Positions 10,786 to 22,228 of a stretch of DNA of 64,000 nucleotides are shown piece by piece (the stretch's first letter is position 1; each line of letters opens with the position of its first letter). Both the position numbers and the translations under genes were made by a program. Under the pieces are notes generated by a model. The model was not told the DNA's origin and did not search any database. It saw only the letters and a list, made by a program, of their open reading frames with translations. This DNA comes from Monocercomonoides exilis PA203 (lineage: Eukaryota > Protista > Preaxostyla): contig LSRY02000031.1 of assembly GCA_001643675.2 (NCBI GenBank), forward strand, positions 682,001 through 746,000, read 5' to 3'.

Positions 10786-13700
10786 TTATTCGTTTAACTC
10801 AATATCTTTTGAGTTTTCTTTCCTTTTTGATTTTTTCTCCTTTGGCTTTTTCTTTTGGCAACAGCATTTATGATGGCAGCAGCAGCAACAGCAAATGACA
10901 ATCAGAACAATTACCACAACACATCCCACACAAATACATATAACTGGCACGAGAGGGAATGGTTCATTGTCGATTGGTTTTTCAGTTCCTGTGCCATTTG
11001 TGACATTGTTTGTTTGAGACTTTGTCCAACTTGTGGTAGCAAGTTCAGCTGAATCCCAAATCGAGTTCCCGGTCAGATTCGGAGCTTTCACATACTTCAA
11101 TCTGATCATGATCGCAGGAAGATTTCCAGAATAAGTTTTCTTTTCCCTTTCTGCAAGTGGTGCTGCATCAATTTCTTCAAATGAATTCGAACCAGATGCA
11201 TTGCTGCTTTCAGGAAAATTGAACACAGCGTTGATTCTATCCATCCCGTCGAATGATATTTCATCAGCAATCACATAGTCATTTTCCGAGTCGCTTTCTC
11301 TCTTCCCTTCCACTTTAACTGCACATGAAAGAAAATCATATCCAACAATAGTAACGTCATATTTTGTTGCAGTTGTTGTATTCTTCAAAATAATGCTATA
11401 AATACCAGGATTCAAATATGACGAAGTGATCTGAGTGAGGTTCCCGCTAAATGTGCATCCTTTGTTTAGCCAATATTGAACTTCATTAACATAATAGGCA
11501 CTTGTTGCCTGAAGCTCGATTGCACCACCTCCACTACAAACAACATTTCTTTCTCCTTTCAGAGATTCATAAGAAATAGTGTTGTCAACGATTGTTGAGT
11601 CAATCAGAGTGACTTGAGCACCATCAACCTTGAGTCCTCCCCACGAGTTTGATTTGATCGTGCTGTTGTTGATTGTTGCAGTGCCTCCAGTGATAGCAAC
11701 AGTGCCTGTCTCATATTTGCACATGAACTCATCGTCGTCTCCGACATCACTTTCTGTGAGAACTCCTTTTATTCCTGTTTGAATGGTGCAAGATAAGATT
11801 GTCGTTGCTGTGTTCGTCAGTGATAACAAATAAGTGGTTCCGCTCGCTGGCGTTAAATAATCCACACTGATGCTTTCCAACTTCAGTGTTCCTCCAGTCG
11901 CCAGAATCAGCGGGTTTGTGTATTTTTTTGCAGAGTCGCCATTGATCCAGATCGATAGCAATGTGAGTTCTCCTGTTCCGCTGAGAGCAGCCATCGAAGA
12001 TTCCACATAAAGAATCTCCAGATAAAAAGTGTTCAACTTCAGCTTGCCTGCTCCGACATTGAAGAAATATTTATCAGTAGCCATCTGAGGAATTCCAAGA
12101 TAGTTTTTTCTTGTGGTGTCAAGCTTTCCTTTGATTTCCACTGCTTTTGATCCAATATCAATTCCGTTCGAAGATTCGATTCCAATAATGGAAGAAGATC
12201 CCTTGAGCTCAATATAAATTTCACTTTCAGCTGTTTTGCTTAAAAGATATCCAATAGATGAACATGAGTTGGGGAACTTGTTGCAGTTTTCCTCATCAGT
12301 TCCGGTGGACGATACACGACTTGGTGGTCCATGTTCAACAATTGGAATCCATTCTGTATGATCTTCATTGTCACCAACATTTTTAACCAAATAGACTCGA
12401 TTTTCCAAAGGAGTATCTGTTCGGCTTAAGCAGTCTGAAAACAACGCCTTAATCATATTCCAATTATCAAAAAGATATGCATCATGAGCAATTTTTCGAG
12501 AAGCAGAGCACCTGTCGAAGAAGGAATAAGATACACCTGAAGTCACATATCCATATTGATTTGTATTATAACGAAAATACAGCCCGCCTCCTTGATTTGA
12601 CGTACATTCACTAAACAGTAAATCCATCACCCTAATGCTCTTTGTTCTTTCTATTTGCATTCCTCCTCCAATATTCACAGCATCACATTTAGAAAAAGTA
12701 CACTCGAAAACTGCATTCTCGCAATCATCGTTCCCATCATTTGTCTTCTCCAAATTGCTAACTGCCGATGAAGAATACTGTGAGCAAATCCTTGATGTGC
12801 ATTCTCCACTGTAAGAAATGGAAAACCCGCCTCCGAAGCTTGCTCTGCAACCGTCAAATGTGCATCCTGAAACAACATGGCATCCAGTCACTCCTTGTGT
12901 AATAAGTCCTCCTCCATTTCCTCCATCTGTTACGCATTGATAAAACGTGCAAGAGAAAAGAAACAATGACTTTGCTGCACCAATGGCCACAGCCCCACCA
13001 TGTCCATATATATTGAAGACTGTTTTGCATTGGTTAAAATAACAATTTGTCATTTTTAATGTGACATCAGATCTTGAGCAATAGAATGCTCCTCCATCGA
13101 CTTGATATGCTTCAGATTTTTGCCAATCGCAGTCCTCAAGAATCACTTCAGTGGCTCCAGCGTCTGGTGCTCGTCTGGCATCGAATGATTCTCCAATTAT
13201 GGGTTCATTCGTTCTCTGATTTAACAATCCTCGTTGGCATTCAAAAAATGTATTGTTTCGGGCCATATACGAAATTGTATCCCCAAAATGAGGAATCACG
13301 CTTCCGTCAACCGGATCATCAACCTTATTGAAATGGCATCCACTCATCGATATTTCCTCGCAAAAGCTGCTCCTGTATTTTTTCGTGCGATCTTCTTTTT
13401 TGTTCACTGAAAAATTGCTAAAGGTGCACCGAGAAATATCCACCAATGAGGCTTGTCCGGAAAAGGCAAATGAAGAAGACAATATTCCTGCAGATCGGAT
13501 CGAACTTTCTGAAATCGAAAAACTACCACAACCATCTGAGCGGAACATGCTGCATTGAAGACTCGAAGATTTTTGTGCAGGAGAAACACTGATGTTGCCC
13601 AATTGGATAACTCCTCGAGAGAAAAATAGCGAATCCGCCTTTGCCGAATCCACAAAAATCGGAACATCCTTCAAAATACTTGTGCTTTCTTTGTCCACAT

Positions 13701-13947
13701 GCAGAATGGAGCCCGTGCTAGCAATTTCCATTGACATGCATCGCAGCTCGATTGTGCTGTTTTTTAAGCTGAAGCAGCTGCCCTTTAATATATCCTCCGA
13801 AAAGTTAACAATCGCGCTCTGCAAAAATCCGTTCTGTTCCAAGCGGGAATCCAAGCAAACACAAACAAATGCCACAATGAACGTCCATTTGATCAAAAAA
13901 CCCGATAACATCAAAGTTCTTTCTCTTTTAAATAATTTTAAATCCAT
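10786..13947 (-). CDS. Type I membrane surface protein (1053 aa) with GGA/FxxC beta-helix-like repeats, TM helix and poly-Cys juxtamembrane tail; no kinase-like domain
   Basis: Hydrophobic N-terminus; DGGAFYC, HGGAVAI, NGGGLI and QGGGLYF repeats; TM PLVPVICICVGCVVVIVLIVI followed by CCCCCCHHKCCCQKKK. Confidence 0.85.
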   Translation of the reverse strand: MDLKLFKRERTLMLSGFLIKWTFIVAFVCVCLDSRLEQNGFLQSAIVNFSEDILKGSCFSLKNSTIELRCMSMEIASTGSILHVDKESTSILKDVPIFVDSAKADSLFFSRGVIQLGNISVSPAQKSSSLQCSMFRSDGCGSFSISESSIRSAGILSSSFAFSGQASLVDISRCTFSNFSVNKKEDRTKKYRSSFCEEISMSGCHFNKVDDPVDGSVIPHFGDTISYMARNNTFFECQRGLLNQRTNEPIIGESFDARRAPDAGATEVILEDCDWQKSEAYQVDGGAFYCSRSDVTLKMTNCYFNQCKTVFNIYGHGGAVAIGAAKSLFLFSCTFYQCVTDGGNGGGLITQGVTGCHVVSGCTFDGCRASFGGGFSISYSGECTSRICSQYSSSAVSNLEKTNDGNDDCENAVFECTFSKCDAVNIGGGMQIERTKSIRVMDLLFSECTSNQGGGLYFRYNTNQYGYVTSGVSYSFFDRCSASRKIAHDAYLFDNWNMIKALFSDCLSRTDTPLENRVYLVKNVGDNEDHTEWIPIVEHGPPSRVSSTGTDEENCNKFPNSCSSIGYLLSKTAESEIYIELKGSSSIIGIESSNGIDIGSKAVEIKGKLDTTRKNYLGIPQMATDKYFFNVGAGKLKLNTFYLEILYVESSMAALSGTGELTLLSIWINGDSAKKYTNPLILATGGTLKLESISVDYLTPASGTTYLLSLTNTATTILSCTIQTGIKGVLTESDVGDDDEFMCKYETGTVAITGGTATINNSTIKSNSWGGLKVDGAQVTLIDSTIVDNTISYESLKGERNVVCSGGGAIELQATSAYYVNEVQYWLNKGCTFSGNLTQITSSYLNPGIYSIILKNTTTATKYDVTIVGYDFLSCAVKVEGKRESDSENDYVIADEISFDGMDRINAVFNFPESSNASGSNSFEEIDAAPLAEREKKTYSGNLPAIMIRLKYVKAPNLTGNSIWDSAELATTSWTKSQTNNVTNGTGTEKPIDNEPFPLVPVICICVGCVVVIVLIVICCCCCCHHKCCCQKKKPKEKKSKRKENSKDIELNE

Positions 13948-16900
13948 TATTCATGTTTTTCGAGGTGAAAATAATGTTTATGATCAGAAAGCGATATTTG
14001 TTTTGTTATTTTTCTTGCTTATCCAAAACAGTTAACGACAAATATTTTTGAACAATGCTTGTTGCTTATTTTTCTTTGATTTGGAATTGCATAATTTTTA
14101 TTCGAAATTGAACAGTTTTTGCAGTTTATTTTTTGAACTTCGGAATCATACAAGCGCACAACCGAAGAATGATAATATTTTTTTATTTGTTCAAATGTTT
14201 TTTTATATTTTCTAATTCTGTGATATTTGGTATTATAATTTCACAGCTCCAAAACAAAGTATTTTTTTGAAAAAATAGTCTAACAAAAAAACAGATCCAA
14301 CAACGTTTGGATCAAATAAGAAGTCAAACAATATTTCTTTATCATTAATTTTCAAACCTTTTTATAAAGCTTCGTTTGTTTATGTGAGTTTTCCGATTTT
14401 TTGACAGATAAAGATGATTTATCATTTTCTTGAAAGAAAAGTGAAATAATAATCAAATGACAAATTGTCTGGCAACAATTGAACAAATAACGCAACTTAT
14501 TTTCAAGAAAGAAAGAAAGTTACAAAATTGCTTTCCCACATCCTTTAATGCTACCACAAATGCCTCCTTGTCAGATTCAACCTTCATTAAACAAAAAACA
14601 AACTTTTTTGAAATTATAAAACTTCTTCGCTCAACAATAATTCATAAGGAGTCTCTGTTTTAAAGATTACGAAGAATATTTTCGTCATTGATATCAGTCT
14701 TTTCATATATCTTTAAAATTAATCATCTGGAATTTTATGAATGATGCAGAATATTTCAGAAAATATTATTCTCGAAATATCAAATGATCAAATGAATGCC
14801 TATGTTGTTGTTCTTTCAGATAAAATGCAATACATTTCTTTGTCGCCTACACTTCCAAATAATCTGTCAGCAATTCATGCTTTCCATCTTTGTTCATCTA
14901 TTTTGCGATTTTCAAATATTTCAATTACTCCGCAAAAAAGAAGAAGAAAATAAATGCAGATCCTTTGAAGAATTAAAAAAAAAATAAGAACTCTTTCAAT
15001 GGATGCAGCTTTCGATCGCCCTTTGCATGCACCTTCACTTTGAATCCAATAACAATTCTTTTTTTTATAAGTATTTTTCGAAAATTCACAAAATTTTCCG
15101 ATATCTCAATGAAGAACATGTTACGACAAATATTTCATGCATTGTTCATTGATTCTTTCCACACTAAAAAAAAGTCTCCAGCAAAAAATCAATTCTTGTG
15201 TCATTTCAATGATAATGGAATAGATCGTGCCGTTTTCACATTTAGAACTTTTATTTCGCAAATGGAAGCTTTTTGAATGGAATGCGCTCGCGAGAAGAAG
15301 CAACATAAATGGCAATGCACAAAATTATTTTGAATTACAAAGAAGAATTTGATGTTTTTTGTAGTTTCATGAATTCTGAAATGCTTTTGAAGAATCTGTT
15401 GATGCGAAAGAGGGGAAAGGCAACATGGTACATGCCTCTATTTTTATTTTTATTGTTTTTGCACATTGATATTTTTTGTGTTTGTGCCTGACTCAGAGCG
15501 TGAAAACGAATGAAAATGAATAAAAAGAGCGATGTCCGGTTGCTTTTTGTGAATACCGAATATTGATGCTACATATCTGCGACAACAATGTGTGGTGAAG
15601 GCATTTGATGGTGTTGGATACGGGTTTGTTTTTAACAAAATTCACAATTCAAGAAGCAAAAAAAGAAGGATAGGAAGAAAAAAGAGAATTTCATATTTCA
15701 CAGGAAAGTTGGAGAATCCAACATTGGGGAGCAGAAATGATATTGAAAGAACCATTTGTGAAATAGCTGACAAAAGTGTTAGAAAAAGGATGCTGAATGC
15801 TTGAGAATAATTTTTGGAAAACGACTTTTTATGCCGATTCGAAGTGCAACTTGTCGCAAATGGGAAAAAGATGGAAGACAATGAACTTAGAAGAAATAGT
15901 GAAGCAAGTGATCTTCTGGAATTGCGGTTATGTTAACTTCCTTTTCTGAAATTGGAAGGCAAGTCATAATTTTTTGTGTTGTTTGATAAATATCAGAAAG
16001 TTGCTGTGAGTCTTGAATTTGAGATGCGAAATGGGTTGACTAAGGCAACCGTCCGCTCCTTGATAGTTACATTGCCTTTTCATTTGCTATTCATTGACTT
16101 TACTAATAATGAACGAACAATCTGTTCCGTCATAATATCACTCTTCCTCCTCCTTTCTTCTTCTTCTTCCTCTTCTTCTTCTTCTTAAGCTGATTGATCG
16201 TCTGAAGCTTTATAGAAACTATTTACAAAATTTTCCTTCGTCATTCACTTGAATCATCAGACTCGGCATTAATTTCTTTGTTTGTACAGATGATAAAAAG
16301 AAATCTTTTATCTGCAAAAATAAAAAGGAATAAAAAAAAACGAAGGAATTTTTGGAGAAGGCAAAAATGCAAAGAAGTTGATAGAAACGAAGAAAGTGGA
16401 GAAATATCAGCTCTTTTCAGAAGAAGGAAGCGCAGATGACCGCCAAACAAATAACAGAAGCGAAGGAGGATTTGAAGGGAAACAAAGAAATTGAAGGGGA
16501 AAAGTGATTGTTTTGAAAAATGAAGAGAGAGAATGAAAAAGATGAAGAGGATGAAGAGGATGAAAGAGAAAGATTGAAAGAGAAGAAAAGAAATAATATG
16601 AAACAAGAAAAGATATTAATAAGGAAGAAGACTGAGACAGCAAAAATTTTGATGAAAACGATTCAACACCAAAATAGTTGAGCAGAAAAAGAAGGAAAAA
16701 GAAAGAAAAATGCAAATATGATTAGGTTTGATAATGTTTGAAGACAATGAAATCTTCAGACAATTCTCCAATTTACTATTCCGATGGGGTCATCATCGCT
16801 GAAAATGCCTTTTTTTCGATAAGATTTCTATGAAATACATTTTATTTCAGTTATTTTTCGAAAAAGACAGTTTATGCACAAGGTGGAAATGCCTTTCTTC

Positions 16901-17242
16901 CTCTCATTCTTCCTTCTCATCTCCTCATTGTCGCAAAGAAAACAATGGCGCTTCAGCCGGAAATGGCAGAGAAGGAAGCTTCCGAAAAAGCTAACGAGCG
17001 AGCGAACTCCGAATTTGAAGAGTGTTTTTTAACGAAACATTTGATGAAGGAAGCGAATTGAAGTTATTGAACAATTTGCTGAATGTTCTTTTTTTGTTGT
17101 TTGATTTCACTTGAATGAAGAGAAATGATGCACTTTTTACCAAAAATATTTTCAACAATCGATTATTTTGGATATTTTGTGAAATGATGGGGATAAAAAA
17201 AATAAAATAAAATATCTGAGTTACAAAATTCAATTCATTTTC

Positions 17243-18639
17243 TTATACATTCACAAAATAGACTGAAATGTTCGTCGGCAACTTATCAAAATAATTTTTA
17301 TTAAGAAAACAGAGCAATCCGTAAAAGCTTACGATGGTATCTTCATACCCTTCTTCTTCCATCTTTTCAAGCATCTCTTTTTTGGTTATCTTTCTCTTTG
17401 CCTCTTTCATTTTGTCATCCCCCTTTTCTTTCATTCGCCATGAAATGAAATAAAAAAAATTCAAGCATTCATATGCTGTTTTGCGATCGATTATTGATTG
17501 CTGAATTTCCTCCAAAACAGCATCAACAGCTCCACCTTTCAACAAGTCTTCAACTTTCACACCTGTGCTATCTGCTGCATTTCTCAAGGAGGAAATGCAT
17601 TGATTGCTTATTTCTCCATAACTATCCTTTGCTGTTCGAAGCACCCTAACAATGCTTTCAATAAGTCCAGCAAATTCTTCATTCCACAGCTTGCATGAAT
17701 CAAAGAAAGAGTCCAACGTTCCGAACCATCTCAATAAAACGGATTTTTCTCTTATTTCTTTTCCCCTCTTCCAATCCACACATTTCGACAGCTCTTCAAG
17801 TTCTCTCGCTGTTTCTCTCGCAAAATGAAGCTCATTCACAATGGCATCTCCCAAGCTTTTTTCCTTGAAAAATCTGCTGATCAAAAATTCCCAAGCTGAT
17901 TGACAGGCAAGTTGTGTAAGATTGCGATGCTCCTGATGATGTTGGATTATTTCTGAAATTTCATTGATAAAAATTTTTGGTTCAATTGTCTTATAAAAAT
18001 CAGAAAAAAATTCAAAAACTTCAAAAAGGAAATAGAAATGTTCACACATAATATTTCCAAATGCAACTCAGTGCCAATAATGCCACTTCCACTTCTTTTT
18101 GTATTTCCTCGCTTTCCTCTTTCTTCAAGGCAACTTTCAGGAGGCAGGGTACACAAATTGATATCAATTCATTTGAAAACCATCCATTAAGCAAAAGCCA
18201 GCATTCGTAGAGGTCAATAAGTAGATTATTATTTTCTTCCTTTTTCTTCTCTTCCTCAGAAATCATCTTTTGAACTATTATGCCCAAATATGAACAGCAA
18301 AAATTACTGTTCCAAATGCCTTTCAGCACCTCCATATATCCCATGCGTTTCAACATCAGAATGGCATTTTCCATCGACATTTTATTATCTTCAATCATCT
18401 TGTTCATTTTATTGAACTGTTCTTTTGTTAAAATGGACATAAATCCTCTTTTATCCATTCCATCAATTACTCCATTCATTTCTACGATTTTAAGCTTCTG
18501 CTCTTCCTCGTTGAAATCTTCCAACTCAGAAAACAATTCTCAAAATAAAAAACAAAGAAATAATCACATTCATCGATAATTCATATACAAAAATAGTTAG
18601 CAAACTATTGAATGTTTTCTCTGCACCATTTTCCTGCAT
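17243..18639 (-). CDS. Lineage-specific helical hypothetical protein, paralogue 1 (3 exons)
   Basis: Manual splice MQENGAEKTFN|KLFSELED...VPCLLKVALKKEESEEIQKEVEVALLALSCIWKYY|TIEPK...HQEHRNLTQLACQSAW...EKMEEEGYED; collinear with 20771..22228. The first exon is less certain. Confidence 0.75.
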
Positions 18640-20770
18640 TTTTGAAAAAAACATCACAATCAGAAAACAATGATATTGCCATTCAAATTAAAACCAAAAT
18701 GCAACAAAAGTGAAAAAATAAATGGAACAAAATCTTCGCACTACCAAAGAAATATCTTTATTCACACCATTCTTTCAATTTTTAGTTTACTTGAAGCGTA
18801 ATTGCAGAGAAAAAAAAAACGCTTTGTCTTCTTCTGTTATTTGTAATGGTTGGTCTGATCGAATAACATTTTTTGAACAAATAATGTCCATTGACCGGAA
18901 GTGAGATCGGGAAGTGGATATTTTCTGCAGAATTATATATATTATTATTTTGCATGGAGGAACGAGACAGCGACAAAGAGGCATTGATGATGGAATTGAG
19001 CGAGATCATTTACAAGAAATGCATCTTTGAAGGAAATGCATTTTCCGAAATGGCCAATGAAGACAATTGGATGTTTGTATTTTTGTAGTTCTATTTCCAG
19101 TGAAGATATTTCCATCCATCACCTTCACAGAGCTTGCAAACATGAACGATTATTGAAATGGAAAATATCTTCAAAGTTGTGGTGAGAATGAGAAACGGAT
19201 GTCGAGTGCAGATGACAACTGCGTTGACGGGAAGATTATTGACAAATATCATATTTTTCAAGAATTCTGAAAAAACTTATTATGTAATTGACTGAAAACT
19301 GTGGGCTTGAGAAAGAAAACAAAATTCTAACTTTTCTTTTTCAAAAGAGCAAGAAATCTATGCATTTGAGGTTGAAAAGATTGTTGGAAATGATGGTGAA
19401 CGAGTCTGGTGTTAAAATGGATAAAAACGGATGGAATAATGAAGTTATTTTGAGGAAAACGAACATTTCCAATTGAATAAGACACATGAAATGAATTAAA
19501 AATTCATATTGAAAGTTTGGTATATTTTTTTGGTATTTTTTCATTCAGGCTATCGAAAGAATGAGGGATCAGATGACTTTGAAGAATAAAGAGAAGAAAA
19601 AAATTTTCACTATAGCAGCAAAGATGCACCAATTCTTAGAACTTCAGCTTGGATGTGAATGACAATTTTTTGAGAAGGCATTTCATTTTTTGTTTGTGAA
19701 CCCAGATCAAACCGACTGAGAAGTCAAAGGGATGAAAGAAGCGAATGAAAATTGCATGTTCAGATGAATCTACAAGAAACCTTATGGAAATTCACATACC
19801 AAAGATTTATCTGCATCAACATCATTTCATCTGATGGTGTGCCAGTTGCAGCAGAAACATCTCAATAGCCAATTATTGTTTCATGATGCACACAATTTGT
19901 TTTTACTGATTGCACAATTAATTATTGGTGATTCATCTTTGAAGAATTTTCTGCCAGAGGTGCAACAGATCTCTTCTAGTTTGACTCAAATTAACAGAGG
20001 AAAGCCCCAACAGAGAGAAGTGCTTCATTTCCGAAGTCTTTTCATCATCTTCTTCATATTTTGTCACAAATAACCGTTTTTAACCATCTTCTTCAGCTTC
20101 ATCTTCTTCCTTCTTTTGGTTACGTAATGAGCGAAAACTGAACGAATGAGATAAAAAACCATTCTTTTTGTGCGTTGATCGATAATCCATCGTTTTTGGA
20201 GATTCTTTTTTGGAAATCGTTTATGACATTCACATTAATTCAGGCGAAGGAATCAACATCAGAGAAAAATAGAAGAAACAGGAAGAATTCTGTGAATTAC
20301 TCGAAAGAAATGAAATAAGGATATGGGAAGAAATTTTTTTCTTTATGAATTTTGCTCCACTCAAATATTTCTTATATTTTTCTTTATAATTCATTATTTT
20401 CTTTATAAAAATACATGAGAATATGAGACTAATAGTAATCAAATAGAGAAAAAGTTTGGAATAAAACACGGTTTTTTTCAAAAAAGAAAATATTTCGCCC
20501 CATATGAAAGAGATGAATAACTGAATTATTTATTGTATTTTGTATTTGGAAACGATAATTCATTTATTGTTGGTTTTTTGATGAGGGAAAGAAAAAGAAA
20601 GAATTGAAATTTGTGTTTTTCTTATTTTTTACCCACAAATTGCGTTTTATTCATCTAAAAAAAAAGACTTTTAAAAATACTTTATACAATTGTTTGTTAA
20701 ACGGTGAAATGGCATTCAAGAAAAACATAGGTTTTGAGTAAGGGGAAAAAATGAAATGGATAATATTTCT

Positions 20771-22228
20771 TTAAATATTCACAATGTAATCTTCAAAATT
20801 TGCTGAAATAAAAGAAAACATACAAAAGTTATAAAAATCAAATTTTGTTTTAAAGCACTCAACAATATCTTCGTATCCTTCTTCTTCCATCTTTTCATGC
20901 ATTTCCATTTTGATTGTATTCCTTTTCACTTTTTCCATTTCATCTTTCTCCTTCTTTTTCAATCTGAGTGAAATATTCATAAAGAATCCCAAGCACGACC
21001 CTATTCTTCCTTCATTCAATGTTGTTGACAGAATCTCCTCTAAAATCAAATCAACAACTCCTTCTCTCAACAGAGTATCGATTCTCACATTCTTCAACGA
21101 TGCCATATTACGAAAATCATTTATACACTTTCGATACATTTCTCCTTCATTCTTTTTTGCTTCTTTGCACACCCCGACAATACATCGAATAAGTACACAG
21201 CATTCATCATTCCACAATTGGAAACAACACAGAAAATCTAAAATGCCGTTAATCCACTTCAAAATCATGATCTGAAGTCCTTTCATTCTTTTCGTCTCTC
21301 TGGCTTTTTCATTCCAATCCACACATTCTGTCAGCTCTTCCAGTTCTCTTGCTGCCTCTCTTTCGAAATGAAGCTTACTCATAAAATCTTCTTCCAAGTT
21401 TCTTTCACTCTGAAATCTATTTAGCAGAAACAACCAAACAGACAGATACGCCAGCCGTGTCAAGTTGTGATGCTCTTGATGATATTCGATGATTTCTGTG
21501 ACCTCATTTAAATCCAGATCGAAATCTTTTAACTAACATTAATTAACACAACTGTAATTAAACCATCAAAAAAATTAAAATTCATTCACACGTTATCCAC
21601 TTTTATCAAGCTCAAAGCCAGCAAAGCCATTTCGACTTCTTTTTGCACTTCTTCGCTTCCCTCTTTGTTCTGTGCAATTTTCAAGAGACAAGGAACAATC
21701 GCCAAAAGAACATCTTCTGAAAATAAGAAATAATTGCAACGCAGCATCACATAGCATTCAAAAATGTCGACAATAAGCTTTTCGTTTTTTTCAACGAACA
21801 TCTTTGCGAAATTTATCGAGCTTTCAAATCTTTCACCCAGCAAAGAATAATCAAAATCGCCTTTTTCAACAAGCGTAAATGTTTTGCGATGCCCCATGCT
21901 CTTCAACAGCACTGACACATTTTCCAATCGCAATTTACCAACTTCAATCATTTGTGCTATGCGGTTGAACAGCTCTTTTGTGAAAATCGATAAAAATTCT
22001 TCTTCGTTCATTTCTTCCATTGTTCCGTTCATTTCTTCAATTTTCTGTTTTTGCTCTTCTTCGTTGCAACCTTCAAGCTCACGAAATAATTCTGCAAAAA
22101 TCATTAAAAAAAATAAAATGATGAATTTAAAAATCAACGAACAGAAAAATGAAAAAACTTAAAAACTTATCAGAATTGGACACCACTTTGAATTCGCTGT
22201 TTGATTTGCAGTTCAACGATTCTTCCAT
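20771..22228 (-). CDS. Lineage-specific helical hypothetical protein, paralogue 2 (3 exons)
   Basis: Manual splice MEESLN...SDKFL|KLFRELEGCNEEEQ...VPCLLKIAQNKEGSEEVQKEVEMALLALSLIKVDN|LKDF...HQEHHNLTRLAYLSVW...EKMEEEGYED; introns at the same positions as paralogue 1, both second introns starting GTGTGA. Confidence 0.78.

Noticed and set aside
14400-16800. Possible decayed coding sequence (short ORFs, Glu/Lys-rich patch)
   Set aside because: No recognisable motif and no consistent splice model.
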